Positions 1-11,083 of a stretch of 64,000 nucleotides of DNA are shown here, in pieces. The translations under genes and the position numbers were made by a program. Position 1 is the stretch's first letter. Each line of letters begins with the position of its first letter. The notes beneath the pieces are model-generated. The model worked only from the letters and a program-made list of their open reading frames with translations. It was not told where the DNA came from and ran no database searches. Origin of the DNA: Lineus longissimus (taxonomy: Eukaryota); NCBI RefSeq assembly GCF_910592395.1, contig NC_088308.1, positions 806,001 to 870,000 of the forward strand. Direction: 5' to 3'.

Positions 1-274
1 ACTCCAAGTCAGTCTTCATTCTCACAGTCTGACTCCAAGTCGGTCTTCATTCTCACAGTCTGACTCCAAGTCAGTCTTCATTCTCACAGTCTGACTCCAA
101 GTCGGTCTTCATTCTCACAGTCTGACTCCAAGTCGGTCTTCATTCTCACAGTCTGACTCCAAGTCGGTCTTCATTCTCACAGTCTGACTCCAAGTCGGTC
201 TTCATTCTCACAGTCTGACTCCAAGTCGGTCTTCATTCTCACAGTCTGACTCCAAGTCGGTTTTCATTCTCACA
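1..274. repeat. 31-bp minisatellite (ACTCCAAGTCGGTCTTCATTCTCACAGTCTG)n in a PRKDC intron, about 9 copies visible, truncated by window start
   Basis: Unit read directly; recurs at 1, 32, 63 etc. with occasional G/A variation. Confidence 0.97.
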
Positions 275-406
275 GACGACGTAGACCAGAAAGCCAAAAT
301 CTAGGGAATAAGATGGAGAGGGAACTAGAGTGTACTGTTGAATGCAAATAAGAAGAGATTCTTACAGGTTTAATCTTTGGAATTGAACTACGTTTAATGT
401 TTTCAG

Positions 407-3400
407 GTTGTGAGTGGACTTGTTGAGAAGGGTTACAGTTATATGCAAAATGCTACCAAGTCCGCCTTGAAGGAGGAGGGCGAGACCAGTGAGGCCATGA
501 TACTCGACGTGGACGGAATCATTGCAGCCCATATGACCATGGTTAGATATTGCGATCAGTACTTACGCAGGAATGAAGAAGGTAAGTCATGGTACTTTGA
601 TCCAAATCTGGGTCGTGGGTTGGTTGTTTGATGCACCACAGACAGTACACCAAGTACACCTCACCTTTATTAACCTGTCAAGCTACAATTCAAGTCAGGG
701 GATCAAACCCACATACAACGACTGATTGTCGATTGGTAGTCAAGTGACCACTGGGCTGGGCTGGGTGCTGCTAGCTGTTCCTAGTCATATGGTGCATCAA
801 AATACAATCTGCACTTCACGCCACCTCCTCTAGTGGATGCCTTTCAGACTAAAAATCTTGAAAAACCTCTTCTTCAGCTGATTCCCAAGAGGTAGACTGC
901 CCGTCTCTTAAGCGGTTCCCTGAGACTGTCATCACATCACTGCTGGCCGCCATGAAGCACAACTCAAAGGAAGCAAGACAGAAGTTTGCCCGGTTACTTC
1001 AGATTGTTGAGTCATTCCCCGACACAATGGATACATTCATTGAGAAGGTAGGCACAGTCATTGTTTTTGTTATCTGAGAGTTAGGCGAAGGAAAGTGATA
1101 ATTAAAGGCTGTACATTTGATACAGCCATAGCCTTTTAGAATTAGTACCATGTCTTTTTAGGTAAACGTGGAATACATTGTATATATTGAAATCGTTCAA
1201 CTAGCACTGTATTGATATTGGAGTACCAGGCCAAATCACAGTTTGTAAAGGGTTTTCATGTTTTCAGACGAAGGAGATCCCGTGCTGGATGTTCATCTCG
1301 TGGATCAGTCAGATGGTGTCCTACTTGGACAAGACAGGAGCCAGGGCCGTCCAGGATATCTTGACAAGAATCTCGGAGGAATACCCTCAGGTAAAACATG
1401 GTTTGGGGTCTGTATCATACTAAATGAAGATCCTACCTTTCACTGAAGACATTTTAGGCGAACTGTGATTCAATTTCTCCTCAATGTAGGATGTTCATAG
1501 CTGTGAGCTAGGACTATTAGTTTACTTCCTGGCACTGATCCAAACCCATTATTGCATGTTTGATCTGCAGTTTTGCCCTCTGAGCCATACATGCATGACA
1601 CCTCTCTCTCTCTTTGTCTGTTTATTTACTGGTTTGCCAGACTCATGCCATCGCGTTCCACTATGGTTTTTCAGGCCCTGATCTACCCGTTCAAGATCAG
1701 CAGTGAGTCATTCCAGTTCAGTGGCACAGCCGAGGGGAAGCGGAACAAGGCAGCAGTGGACAGGTGAGAGATTCTTCTGATAATTGGCTAGATTGTGTGA
1801 GCATGTTTAGTATCCTGGCTTCTGTAGGGTGGGGGTGAAGGCATTTTGACTCAATAGATGCATCTTTGACTTCATACATGTACATGGAAGTTCTCTTGAA
1901 GATTGCTGGTCAGTCTCACTTTGCTATTGATGAGATCATTGTTGACACATCCTTAAACTGGTGATATTACCACAATGTCAGAACAGGGAAAGTCAAGGAA
2001 ATGTTACCTGTTACCTCATATCCACTGCTATTTTTCCAGATTGGAGGCCACTCTTTCCCAAGTTCCTCTTGTCAACACCCTGATCGCAGCCCTGGAGCAG
2101 TTCGGTCAGCCCAATGCATTGTTTGGGGTAGGTAGTGTGATCGATTTAGCCTTGTGTCCATGGATGGGACATTTCTCATAAAGGTGTTGAATGCTAGGTT
2201 CCACTTTTGACAGCGTCATTTTCTCAGTTTATTTTCTCTATATCTAGGATTGGATAGATGATATGAAGAAAATATTGGAGGGCAAGAGTCGCGACAGGAC
2301 CAAGATCATGCAGTGCTTCAGGGGGATTTATGCTGAGTTGATGGACCATCGAGGCAGCGTGAGCCAGGACACGAGCCAGTCTCTGTATGATGGCACGGGG
2401 GCACCGACTCAGATAGGCATGGGGCCATACAGAAAGAGGTTTGCCCAAGTATGCATGCATTCCTTCTCAAGACTGTAGGACTGCTACGAAATCAATGAGG
2501 CTCTCAGACTTCACCCAATTGCTATCAAATGGGCATATTTTTCAGAATTTTGAACTTGTGCTGTGACATCGCATTCAACCAGATGCAACATGAATTTGGC
2601 ATCATCAAAGGCTGACGTTATATGTCCAAGTCGGCCAATTTGTTCCCCAACAGAGCCGCACCACTTGGGGCAAAGATCTAGAAAGAGGCATATTGCTGGT
2701 AGTAAAACAGCAAAGAGAAGGTAATGAGATACAATTCTGAATACATGTACCAAATCACTATACTTTATGTTAACAATGATACAATAAAGTTGTCGACTAC
2801 ATATTGGAAATTAACATGGTACATGTTATCATTTCCATTCCAGGCCTTTGCTAAAGAAGTCGACACTCTTTTTGGAAATGATGGTGCCAAGATTGTTCCC
2901 ATGACTCTCGGGGTAAGGATTTCTGTGGTGGACAATCTATTCTCATGATTGAATAGGTTTTGTTTATAGAGGGATGACATTCAGGCTTCTCAGTCATATT
3001 GGAATAGTTGCTGTAAAGTTTTGAAAAGTTGGATTAAGAAGTTGACTTTTGGGTATATGCACTGACTTAGAATCGATCCTGAACTTTCCCTGCTGAGAGG
3101 TGTAGGAGAGCCAATAGTTCACGATTGGGGATTCCAGCTGATATTGTCTGAGCGCTGCCAGTGGCAAAACTGATTACGATCCCAATAGGGATGTATTTCC
3201 ATTAGCATGATCTTGAATACATGGACATGTTGATCTTGTCTCCAGGATTTTGTCAAAAAAGCGAGCAGCCTTCGAGAAAAGATGACGGGCGAGGCCGGTA
3301 AGAAGCTCTCGCCTCCCCGCACCCTGAAGGAATACTCTCCCTGGATGCATGAGTTCAAGGCAGCTAACTATGAGAAGGAGTTAGAGATTCCTGGTCAATA

Positions 3401-6400
3401 TACCGGCACGTCAAAACCACTGCCGGAGTATCACACCAAGATATCAGGCTTTGATGAAAGGGTTGGTAGCTTTTGTGATAGAAGTCGTATATACCTCTGA
3501 CATTTCAGATGAGTGCCGACATTGCCATGTAGACACGGGTCATAGCACTGAAACCTTACTTTGAGACGTCGTTATAATTTGCCCTTCAGGATGACCTAGA
3601 GAGAGCTAGTGCAGGCCTAATTTCAATGGTTTTTATCTTCTTCTGCACTTGAGAGCTCAGAACCTATGCTACAGTTCTAATGAAGTGTATAAGGTTGTTA
3701 TGAGATTGTTATCACTCCTCCAAATGTGTTTTCAATCAGGTTTTGGTTCTGTCCTCCCTGCGTAAACCCAAGCGAATCATCATCCGGGGGAATGATGAGA
3801 AAGACCACATGTTCCTGGTGAAGGGTGGTGAGGACCTGAGGCAGGACCAGAGGATCGAACAGCTGTTTGTCATCATGAATGAGGTGTTCCAGCAGGATCC
3901 AGCATGCAGGCAGAGGAAGCTGACACTGCGCACTTATCAGGTCATACCTATGACTCCAAGGTTCGTTTTAACTTCTCTGCATTATTCCACCAGCAGAGTT
4001 TTAGGAATGTAACATTTGTGGAAAGTGTATCTCTTCTCCTTCGTTAGTGGCATCTCTTGACACCGTTACGTTATTGAGGCAAGTCAACAGCCTGTTAGAA
4101 CCGAGCTGGTATCATTTGGTCCTTGTTTTAGATACAGTTGTTCCTGGTACACACTTGAAGACGTTTGGTCTCGTCTTTGATTATCCTGGTCACGTCCAAC
4201 ACACATCGTGCGAGTTAGTTGGCAAATGACAAAATATGATTGCTGGAGAGGACTTGGATGACTGTTATGAGAAGTCAGGGTTCATAATGTTTTGCCTGTT
4301 TCAGGTTCTATAATGTAGAATTATTTGTTTGTTTCAGGGTTGGTCTGATTGAGTGGATGCGTCACACACAACCTCTGAAGGAATTCATGGCTGCTGCGAT
4401 GACAAAACAAGAATCAACCTTTGCAGAATCTGAGTAAGCTTTATCATTTCTCCATAGAGGGAGATTTCCATATTGTTTACAGTTTATACAATAATCTTTC
4501 CAAGTCTTGTTTGTCTCTCATTCAAGTGAGCAGAGTTTAAACATGTACATTAAGAGGGGCAAAATTAACATGCTTGAGAGACTTTAACCAGTCGGATTTA
4601 GTACCAAACAAGTCTCATACATGTAGTTGTATATCCTTGTTTGTTTTACAGCAAGGGAGCCAAGGCGCTCCACTTCAGCTGGGTCGACAAGTTTGCTGCC
4701 AAGAAGAATGATCGCCATGCCACTAACTATGCTCCGATGTACAGTAAGGCTTCCAAGGCAGAGACTGTGAAGGCGTTCAGGGACAGGGAGGGGAAAGTAC
4801 CATGGGATCTATTGAGGTAAGAAGTGGCCTGGAATGTCCAAAGATATGACTGTTACATCAACATCTTTTCACCTTGTAAAACATGTATGGTAGTGATTTC
4901 AATTCCACGCCATAAACCAAAAGTAGGCAACCTATTATCTCCTCTTATCAGCTTGAAGTTTCTGCACTCGCTTGTCTACCGACTTTCCAAACATCCTTTC
5001 AAAGGTATTTATCCGAATATAGTGTGTCTAATACAAGTTGACTTATAGAAACATGCCTTGTATTTTAGGCGTGCCTTTTTGCGAATGAGTTCATCACCCG
5101 AGGCGTTCTTCACATTAAGATCTCACTTCATCTCCTCGCACGCACTCATATGTACAGCCCAGTACATCCTGGGCATTGGTGACAGACATCTGTCCAACTT
5201 CATGATTGATTTGGAAACAGGGGGAATGGTTGGCATTGACTTTGGTCATGCATTCGGATCAGCTACCCAGGTCAGTATATATGACGGTAGCTTGTAAGTA
5301 CAGAGAGTGAACAGGGCCCAGTTGTGCCATTGGTGTGAGCAGGTAAGTAAGAGTAGTCTGAACATTACTCTTGCAACTGAAATGAACACTTAGTCAGCCA
5401 ACGCTGGTGTTTGTCTTGTACTTGTACACCCATTGAGCATCAGGGCCCAGATCTGCATCAAGTATTGCCATACATGTAGTCAGTTACCATGGTTATGTTA
5501 ACTGTCGCTTTCTCTTTCTAGTTCCTGCCTGTTCCTGAGCTGATGCCATTCCGTATGACTCGGCAGATTGTCAACCTCATGATGCCCATGAAAGAGAAAG
5601 GAATGTTCGAGTTCACGATGGTGCATGGGCTGCGCGCGTTGAGGAAGGATTATGATCTGCTACTGAACGTCATGGATGTCTTCATCAAGGATGTTTCTCT
5701 CGACTGGATTGTAAGTCTGACATCAATTACAGTGGAAGGTGGAATATTCATTTAGTCCAATAGGCCTCTCTTCAAAGTAAATGGACATGTATGTGTTCGT
5801 CCAATTACAAGGAGTTTTAACATATAGTTCCTCATTAATTCAGACTTATTCTTTGTATAGAATTATTATCTGATGGCTGATGATTGCTCTAATATGATGA
5901 GTTTGCTTTGTCATATTTTTCAGCAAAATGCAGAAAAACAGAAGAAAGAAAAGCAGGAAGCTGAAGGCAAGTCAAAAGGCTGTATTGAATTCATCTATTT
6001 ATTGTTTACAAACAAGGGTCTTGTGAGCTGGTGAGGTGGTCAAAGGAAATACAAACACGAAGGCATCATCTTCACCTAATCTGAGTAAAATGAGTATGAG
6101 CATACAGAAAGTTATTGTTGGTTCTTTATGTTATGATCAACAACATCTGTTATCCTTTCTCTCTCAGATGCTGACATCGACAATGCGTGGTATCCGAAAC
6201 AGAAGGTATCCTATGTTAAGAGGAAACTACAGGGTGCTAATTCTTGCCATATTACAAGGTAAGAATAGATCACCATCTCTGCATCAACCTTACTCTTGAA
6301 GAAACTGACCTACATGTAACAACTTTGAGACTCTCTCTCTCTCTCCTTTGAAGACAGATCATGCCACGAGACAGCAACATGTGCCTTGCATTCAAGTTCT

Positions 6401-6837
6401 ATTGTCGCATTTATAGTTGGGAAGTGGAACATCCATACCAGTCGACAACCCTGTAAAGACATCCTCTATAAAGGATAATGATTTTGATCCAGAATAGATC
6501 AATTCTATTCAGTTTAACCTCTGTACTCTTGACACCTCTCTATAAAGGACAGCGTGGTGTCTTCAATTGAGAGGTTCCACTGTCTCTAGTAGCGCCCTCT
6601 AGGCCAATTTCTCATAACCTCGTTTTTGTTTTCAGAGACGAGCTGAAGCTGGGACATTCCAAGAAGAGCTCATACAAGGCGTATGTGAGTGTGTGTATGG
6701 GTGACGGTGATAACGTCCGTCACCGACATCCTGGAGCGGGGCTGAGCGTGGAGGATCAAGTCACATGTCTGATTGATCAGGCAACGGATCCAAATATTCT
6801 CGGTCGGACGTGGATTGGATGGGAATCATGGATGTGA
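407..6837 (+). CDS. PRKDC: DNA-dependent protein kinase catalytic subunit, 3' portion (end of FAT, FRB-like region, PI3K-like kinase domain, FATC). Predicted exons: 407-581, 878-1047, 1268-1390, 1675-1763, 2040-2127, 2248-2448, 2844-2912, 3246-3461, 3740-3960, 4338-4433, 4652-4816, 5069-5270, 5522-5710, 5924-5966, 6168-6258, 6636-6837
   Basis: Exons join in frame at AG/GT boundaries (one GC donor). Diagnostic motifs: [102 protein letters not shown], and [30 protein letters not shown]. 5' end lies outside the window. Confidence 0.97.
6422..6583. mobile_element. Degenerate Tc1/mariner-like MITE remnant in the last PRKDC intron
   Basis: Ends AGTGGAACATC...GAGGTTCCACTGT form an imperfect inverted repeat; internal repeated CTCTATAAAGGA. 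No clear TSD. Confidence 0.4.
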
Positions 6838-7391
6838 AAGGACTGTGATGTTACCTGAAGCTATTGAGTGTTTTCACATAGCAATGAACAAATACCAACA
6901 TCACAGAGTTGACAGTTTCTACGTGGTCTTACAAGTTAGCCACATGAACTGTGTGGGGGGGGGGGTTAGGTGCTATTATATTATCATGGCTATAGTTACC
7001 TGTACGTCACTGATAGTTACATTTGTTTAAAATTAGTAATCTGTAATTTGTTAAGAATTAGTAATGATTAGGCTATCATGTAATCACATGTGCACTTCTA
7101 TCAAAGATATTATGTGGAAAAAAAGTTTGTTGGAAGGAGTGTCGGAGTCTTCTGTGTCCTGTTACATGGCTTGGTGGACTAACGATCCATGATCATAAAG
7201 ATCTGAATCAACACCAGTCAATCGCCCTGTCTCCTCTGATTCCAAAGCACATTTTCAATCATCCTGTTTATGCATACCTCAAAGGTAAGACTGCCATCAC
7301 TTTCACAACAGACGGTCATGTATGTAGGCTTACGTAGATTCCCAATAATTTAGCTGGGTCTAAAACCTACCATAAGGATAATCAGGCCTAA

Positions 7392-7849
7392 CCCTCGGGT
7401 CATGCACCCTCGGGTCATGCACGCTTTGGCCCTCGGGTCATGCACGCTTTGGCCCTCGGGTCATGCACGCTTTGGCCCTCGGGTCATGCACGCTTTGGCC
7501 CTCGGGTCATGCACGCTTTGGCCCTCGGGTCATGCACGCTTTGGCCCTCGGGTCATGCACGCTTTGGCCCTCGGGTCATGCACGCTTTGGCCCTCGGGTC
7601 ATGCACGCTTTGGCCCTCGGGTCATGCACGCTTTGGCCCTCGGGTCATGCACGCTTTGGCCCTCGGGTCATGCACGCTTTGGCCCTCGGGTCATGCACGC
7701 TTTGGCCCTCGGGTCATGCACGCTTTGGCCCTCGGGTCATGCACGCTTTGGCCCTCGGGTCATGCACGCTTTGGCCCTCGGGTCATGCACGCTTTGGCCC
7801 TCGGGTCATGCACGCTTTGGCCCTCGGGTCATGCACGCTTTGGCCCTCG
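7392..7849. repeat. 23-bp minisatellite (GCCCTCGGGTCATGCACGCTTTG)n, about 19 near-perfect copies
   Basis: Unit read directly; produces the same repetitive ORF in all three + frames. An AATAAA follows at ~7867. Confidence 0.97.
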
Positions 7850-8078
7850 TCTCATACATTTTTGATAATAAAGTCACTTTATTTAGTCATTTATTCAAGC
7901 TACGTATAGATGATATGAATAAGGCAAGTGAATGTTTTGATCCAGTTTTGTTTGGCAAGGCCTTGTGTAAATGGACATGAGGATTTCAGCAACAGCATTT
8001 ACTAGTCTTGAAGATTGTCTCATGTGGTGACCACAACTGAAGTTGATATAGCCACACAGGAACCGTTCCCAACGTGGC

Positions 8079-9675
8079 TGTTCTCCGAGCTTCTCTGAGT
8101 CTGTTCTCTGAGCTTCTCTGAGTCTGTTCTCTGAGCATTCTCTGAGTCTGTTCTCTGAGCTTCTCTGAGTCTGTTCTCTGAGCATTCTCTGAGTCTGTTC
8201 TCTGAGCATTCTCTGAGTCTGTTCTCTGAGCTTCTTTGAGTCTGTTCTCTGAGCTTCTCTGAGTCTGTTCTCTGAGCTTCTCTGAGTCTGTTCTCTGAGC
8301 TTCTCTGAGTCTGTTCTCTGAGCTTCTCTGAGTCTGTTCTCTGAGCATTCTCTGAGTCTGTTCTCTAAGCACTCTCTGAGTCTGTTCTCTGAGCATTCTC
8401 TGAGTCTGTTCTCTGAGCATTCTCTGAGTCTGTTCTCTGAGCATTCTCTGAGTCTGTTCTCTGAGCTTCTCTGAGTCTGTTCTCTGAGCATTCTCTGAGT
8501 CTGTTCTCTGAGCTTCTCTGAGTCTGTTCTCTGAGCTTCTCTGAGTCTGTTCTCTGAGCTTCTCTGAGTCTGTTCTCTGAGCTTCTCTGAGTCTGTTCTC
8601 TGAGCTTCTCTGAGTCTGTTCTCTGAGCTTCTCTGAGTCTGTTCTCTGAGCTTCTCTGAGTCTGTTCTCTGAGCTTCTCTGAGTCTGTTCTCTGAGCTTC
8701 TTTGAGTCTGTTCTCTGAGCTTCTCTGAGTCTGTTCTCTGAGCTTCTCTGAGTCTGTTCTCTGAGCTTCTCTGAGTCTGTTCTCTGAGCTTCTCTGAGTC
8801 TGTTCTCTGAACTTCTCTGAGTCTGTTCTCTGAGCTTCTCTGAGTCTGTTCTCTGAGCATTCTCTGAGTCTGTTCTCTGAGCTTCTCTGAGTCTGTTCTC
8901 TGAGCTTCTCTGAGTCTGTTCTCTGAGCTTCTCTGAGTTTGTTCTCTGAGCTTCTCTGAGCCTGTTCTCTGAGCTTCTCTGAGTCTGTTCTCTGAGCTTC
9001 TCTGAGTCTGTTCTCTGAGCTTCTCTGAGTCTGTTCTCTGAGCATTCTCTGAGTCTGTTCTCTGAGCTTCTCTGAGTCTGTTCTCTGAACTTCTCTGAGT
9101 CTGTTCTCTGAGCTTCTCTGAGTCTGTTCTCTGAGCATTCTCTGAGTCTGTTCTCTGAGCTTCTCTGAGTCTGTTCTCTGAGCTTCTCTGAGTCTGTTCT
9201 CTGAGCTTCTCTGAGTCTGTTCTCTGAGCTTCTCTGAGTCTGTTCTCTGAGCATTCTCTGAGGCTGTTCTCTGAGCTTCTCTGAGTCTGTTCTCTGAGCT
9301 TCTCTGAGTCTGTTCTCTGAGCATTCTCTGAGTCTGTTCTCTGAGCTTCTCTGAGTCTGTTCTCTGAGCTTCTCTGAGTCTGTTCTCTGAGCTTCTCTGA
9401 GTCTGTTCTCTGAGCATTCTCTGAGTCTGTTCTCTGAGCTTCTCTGAGTCTGTTCTCTGAGCATTCTCTGAGTCTGTTCTCTGAGCTTCTCTGAGTCTGT
9501 TCTCTGAGCTTCTCTGAGTCTGTTCTCTGAGCTTCTCTGAGTCTGTTCTCTGAGCATTCTCTGAGTCTGTTCTCTGAGCATTCTCTGAGTCTGTTCTCTG
9601 AGCATTCTCTGAGTCTGTTCTCTGAGCATTCTCTGAGTCTGTTCTCTGAGCTTCTCTGAGTCTGTTCTCTGAGCA

Positions 9676-9713
<38 letters not shown>

Positions 9714-10336
9714 ATTCTCTTAGCTTCTCTGAGTCTGTTCTCTGAGCTTCTCTGAGTCTGTTCTCTGAGCTTCTCTGAGTCTGTTCTCTGAGCTTCTCTG
9801 AGTCTGTTCTCTGAGCTTCTCTGAGTCTGTTCTCTGAGCTTCTCTGAGTCTGTTCTCTGAGCTTCTCTGAGTCTGTTCTCTGAGCTTCTCTGAGTCTGTT
9901 CTCTGAGCTTCTCTGAGTCTGTTCTCTGAGCTTCTCTGAGTCTGTTCTCTGAGCATTCTCTGAGTCTGTTCTCTGAGCTTCTCTGAGTCTGTTCTCTGAG
10001 CATTCTCTGAGTCTGTTCTCTGAGCTTCTCTGAGTCTGTTCTCTGAGCTTCTTTGAGTCTGTTCTCTGAGCTTCTCTGAGTCTGTTCTCTGAGCTTCTCT
10101 GAGTCTGTTCTCTGAGCATTCTCTGAGTCTGTTCTCTGAGCTTCTCTGAGTCTGTTCTCTTAGCTTCTCTGAGTCTGTTCTCTGAGCTTCTCTGAGTCTG
10201 TTCTCTGAGCTTCTCTGAGTCTGTTCTCTGAGCATTCTCTGAGTCTGTTCTCTGAGCTTCACAGAGTCTGTTCTCTGAGCTTCTCTGAGTCTGTTCTCTG
10301 AGCTTCTCTGAGTCTGTTCTCTGAGCATTCACAGAG
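8079..10336. repeat. ~2.25-kb minisatellite of interspersed 23-bp (CTGTTCTCTGAGCTTCTCTGAGT) and 24-bp (CTGTTCTCTGAGCATTCTCTGAGT) units
   Basis: Unit read directly; built from a TTCTCTGAG sub-repeat; lies between the convergent PRKDC and epimerase genes. Confidence 0.97.
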
Positions 10337-11083
10337 TCCCACATTTTGACCATTGATGACTAAACATTGCTCTCTATTGACCTCCGGACACCTGCACTGG
10401 ACATACGGTGGCGTGGAGTGACCAGCTGTGGTCAATGTGGCACATGCTCCAATGTTGGCATAGTTGATAAGTAATCTGACCCCAGAGACTAACCTAGTCG
10501 GATCAAATGCGGGGGCCTGAATTAATTCCCCTGGTCCTCTCAACTGTAACTCCACAACCCTGACATCGTAATCATTTCTATTTAAGGGTGATGTATTGTA
10601 ACCTGACCTTGTTTGATTGGGTGAGGGTGATCTGATTAACGATAAAGTGGTCTAACGATATTTAGCTGTTGGAGGCTTACATGTATTACCTACGCATACT
10701 TTCATAACATTACACCTTTGATAGCGATGGAGCCTGCCACAGCCGGTGCAGTGGTAATCAAATGTGGGCTACTGATATACTGTTGACACTTATTCAGCCG
10801 GTTTTGGTGCGTCTGTTTCACATAGGCCTATAGCGTGTAATATAGGCCTTTTGTACAGGCTCTCTAGATATTAAAGTAGCGTCCACACAGTATAAGAATA
10901 TATGTAGTCTAGTCATAGAGACATTCTCAGTAAGTGATGAAGACACTTGTCAGGAACTGGTGTTGATGACCCTATCTCATCTGGTCCCCAGCTGGGCTGA
11001 GAAGGAGCCTCCAAAGAACATGGATCACAAAGGAAAACAAGCCTTGGATGAGTAACAAGAAGCCCGTAGTAGTTTGAATCTAT

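Noticed and set aside
1..274. Acceptor-like TCTTCATTCTCACAG in each 31-bp unit as an extra PRKDC exon boundary
   Set aside because: Sequence after the last copy has no suitable donor and no DNA-PKcs-like translation.
7402..7980. Three overlapping + strand ORFs (MHALALGSCTLW repeats)
   Set aside because: A 23-bp repeat cycling through all frames.
7895..10353. Long ORFs of 200-700 aa (REQTQRSSENRL repeats) on the - strand
   Set aside because: Translations of a stop-poor minisatellite open in several frames, with frequent frame-switching units; no evidence of coding.
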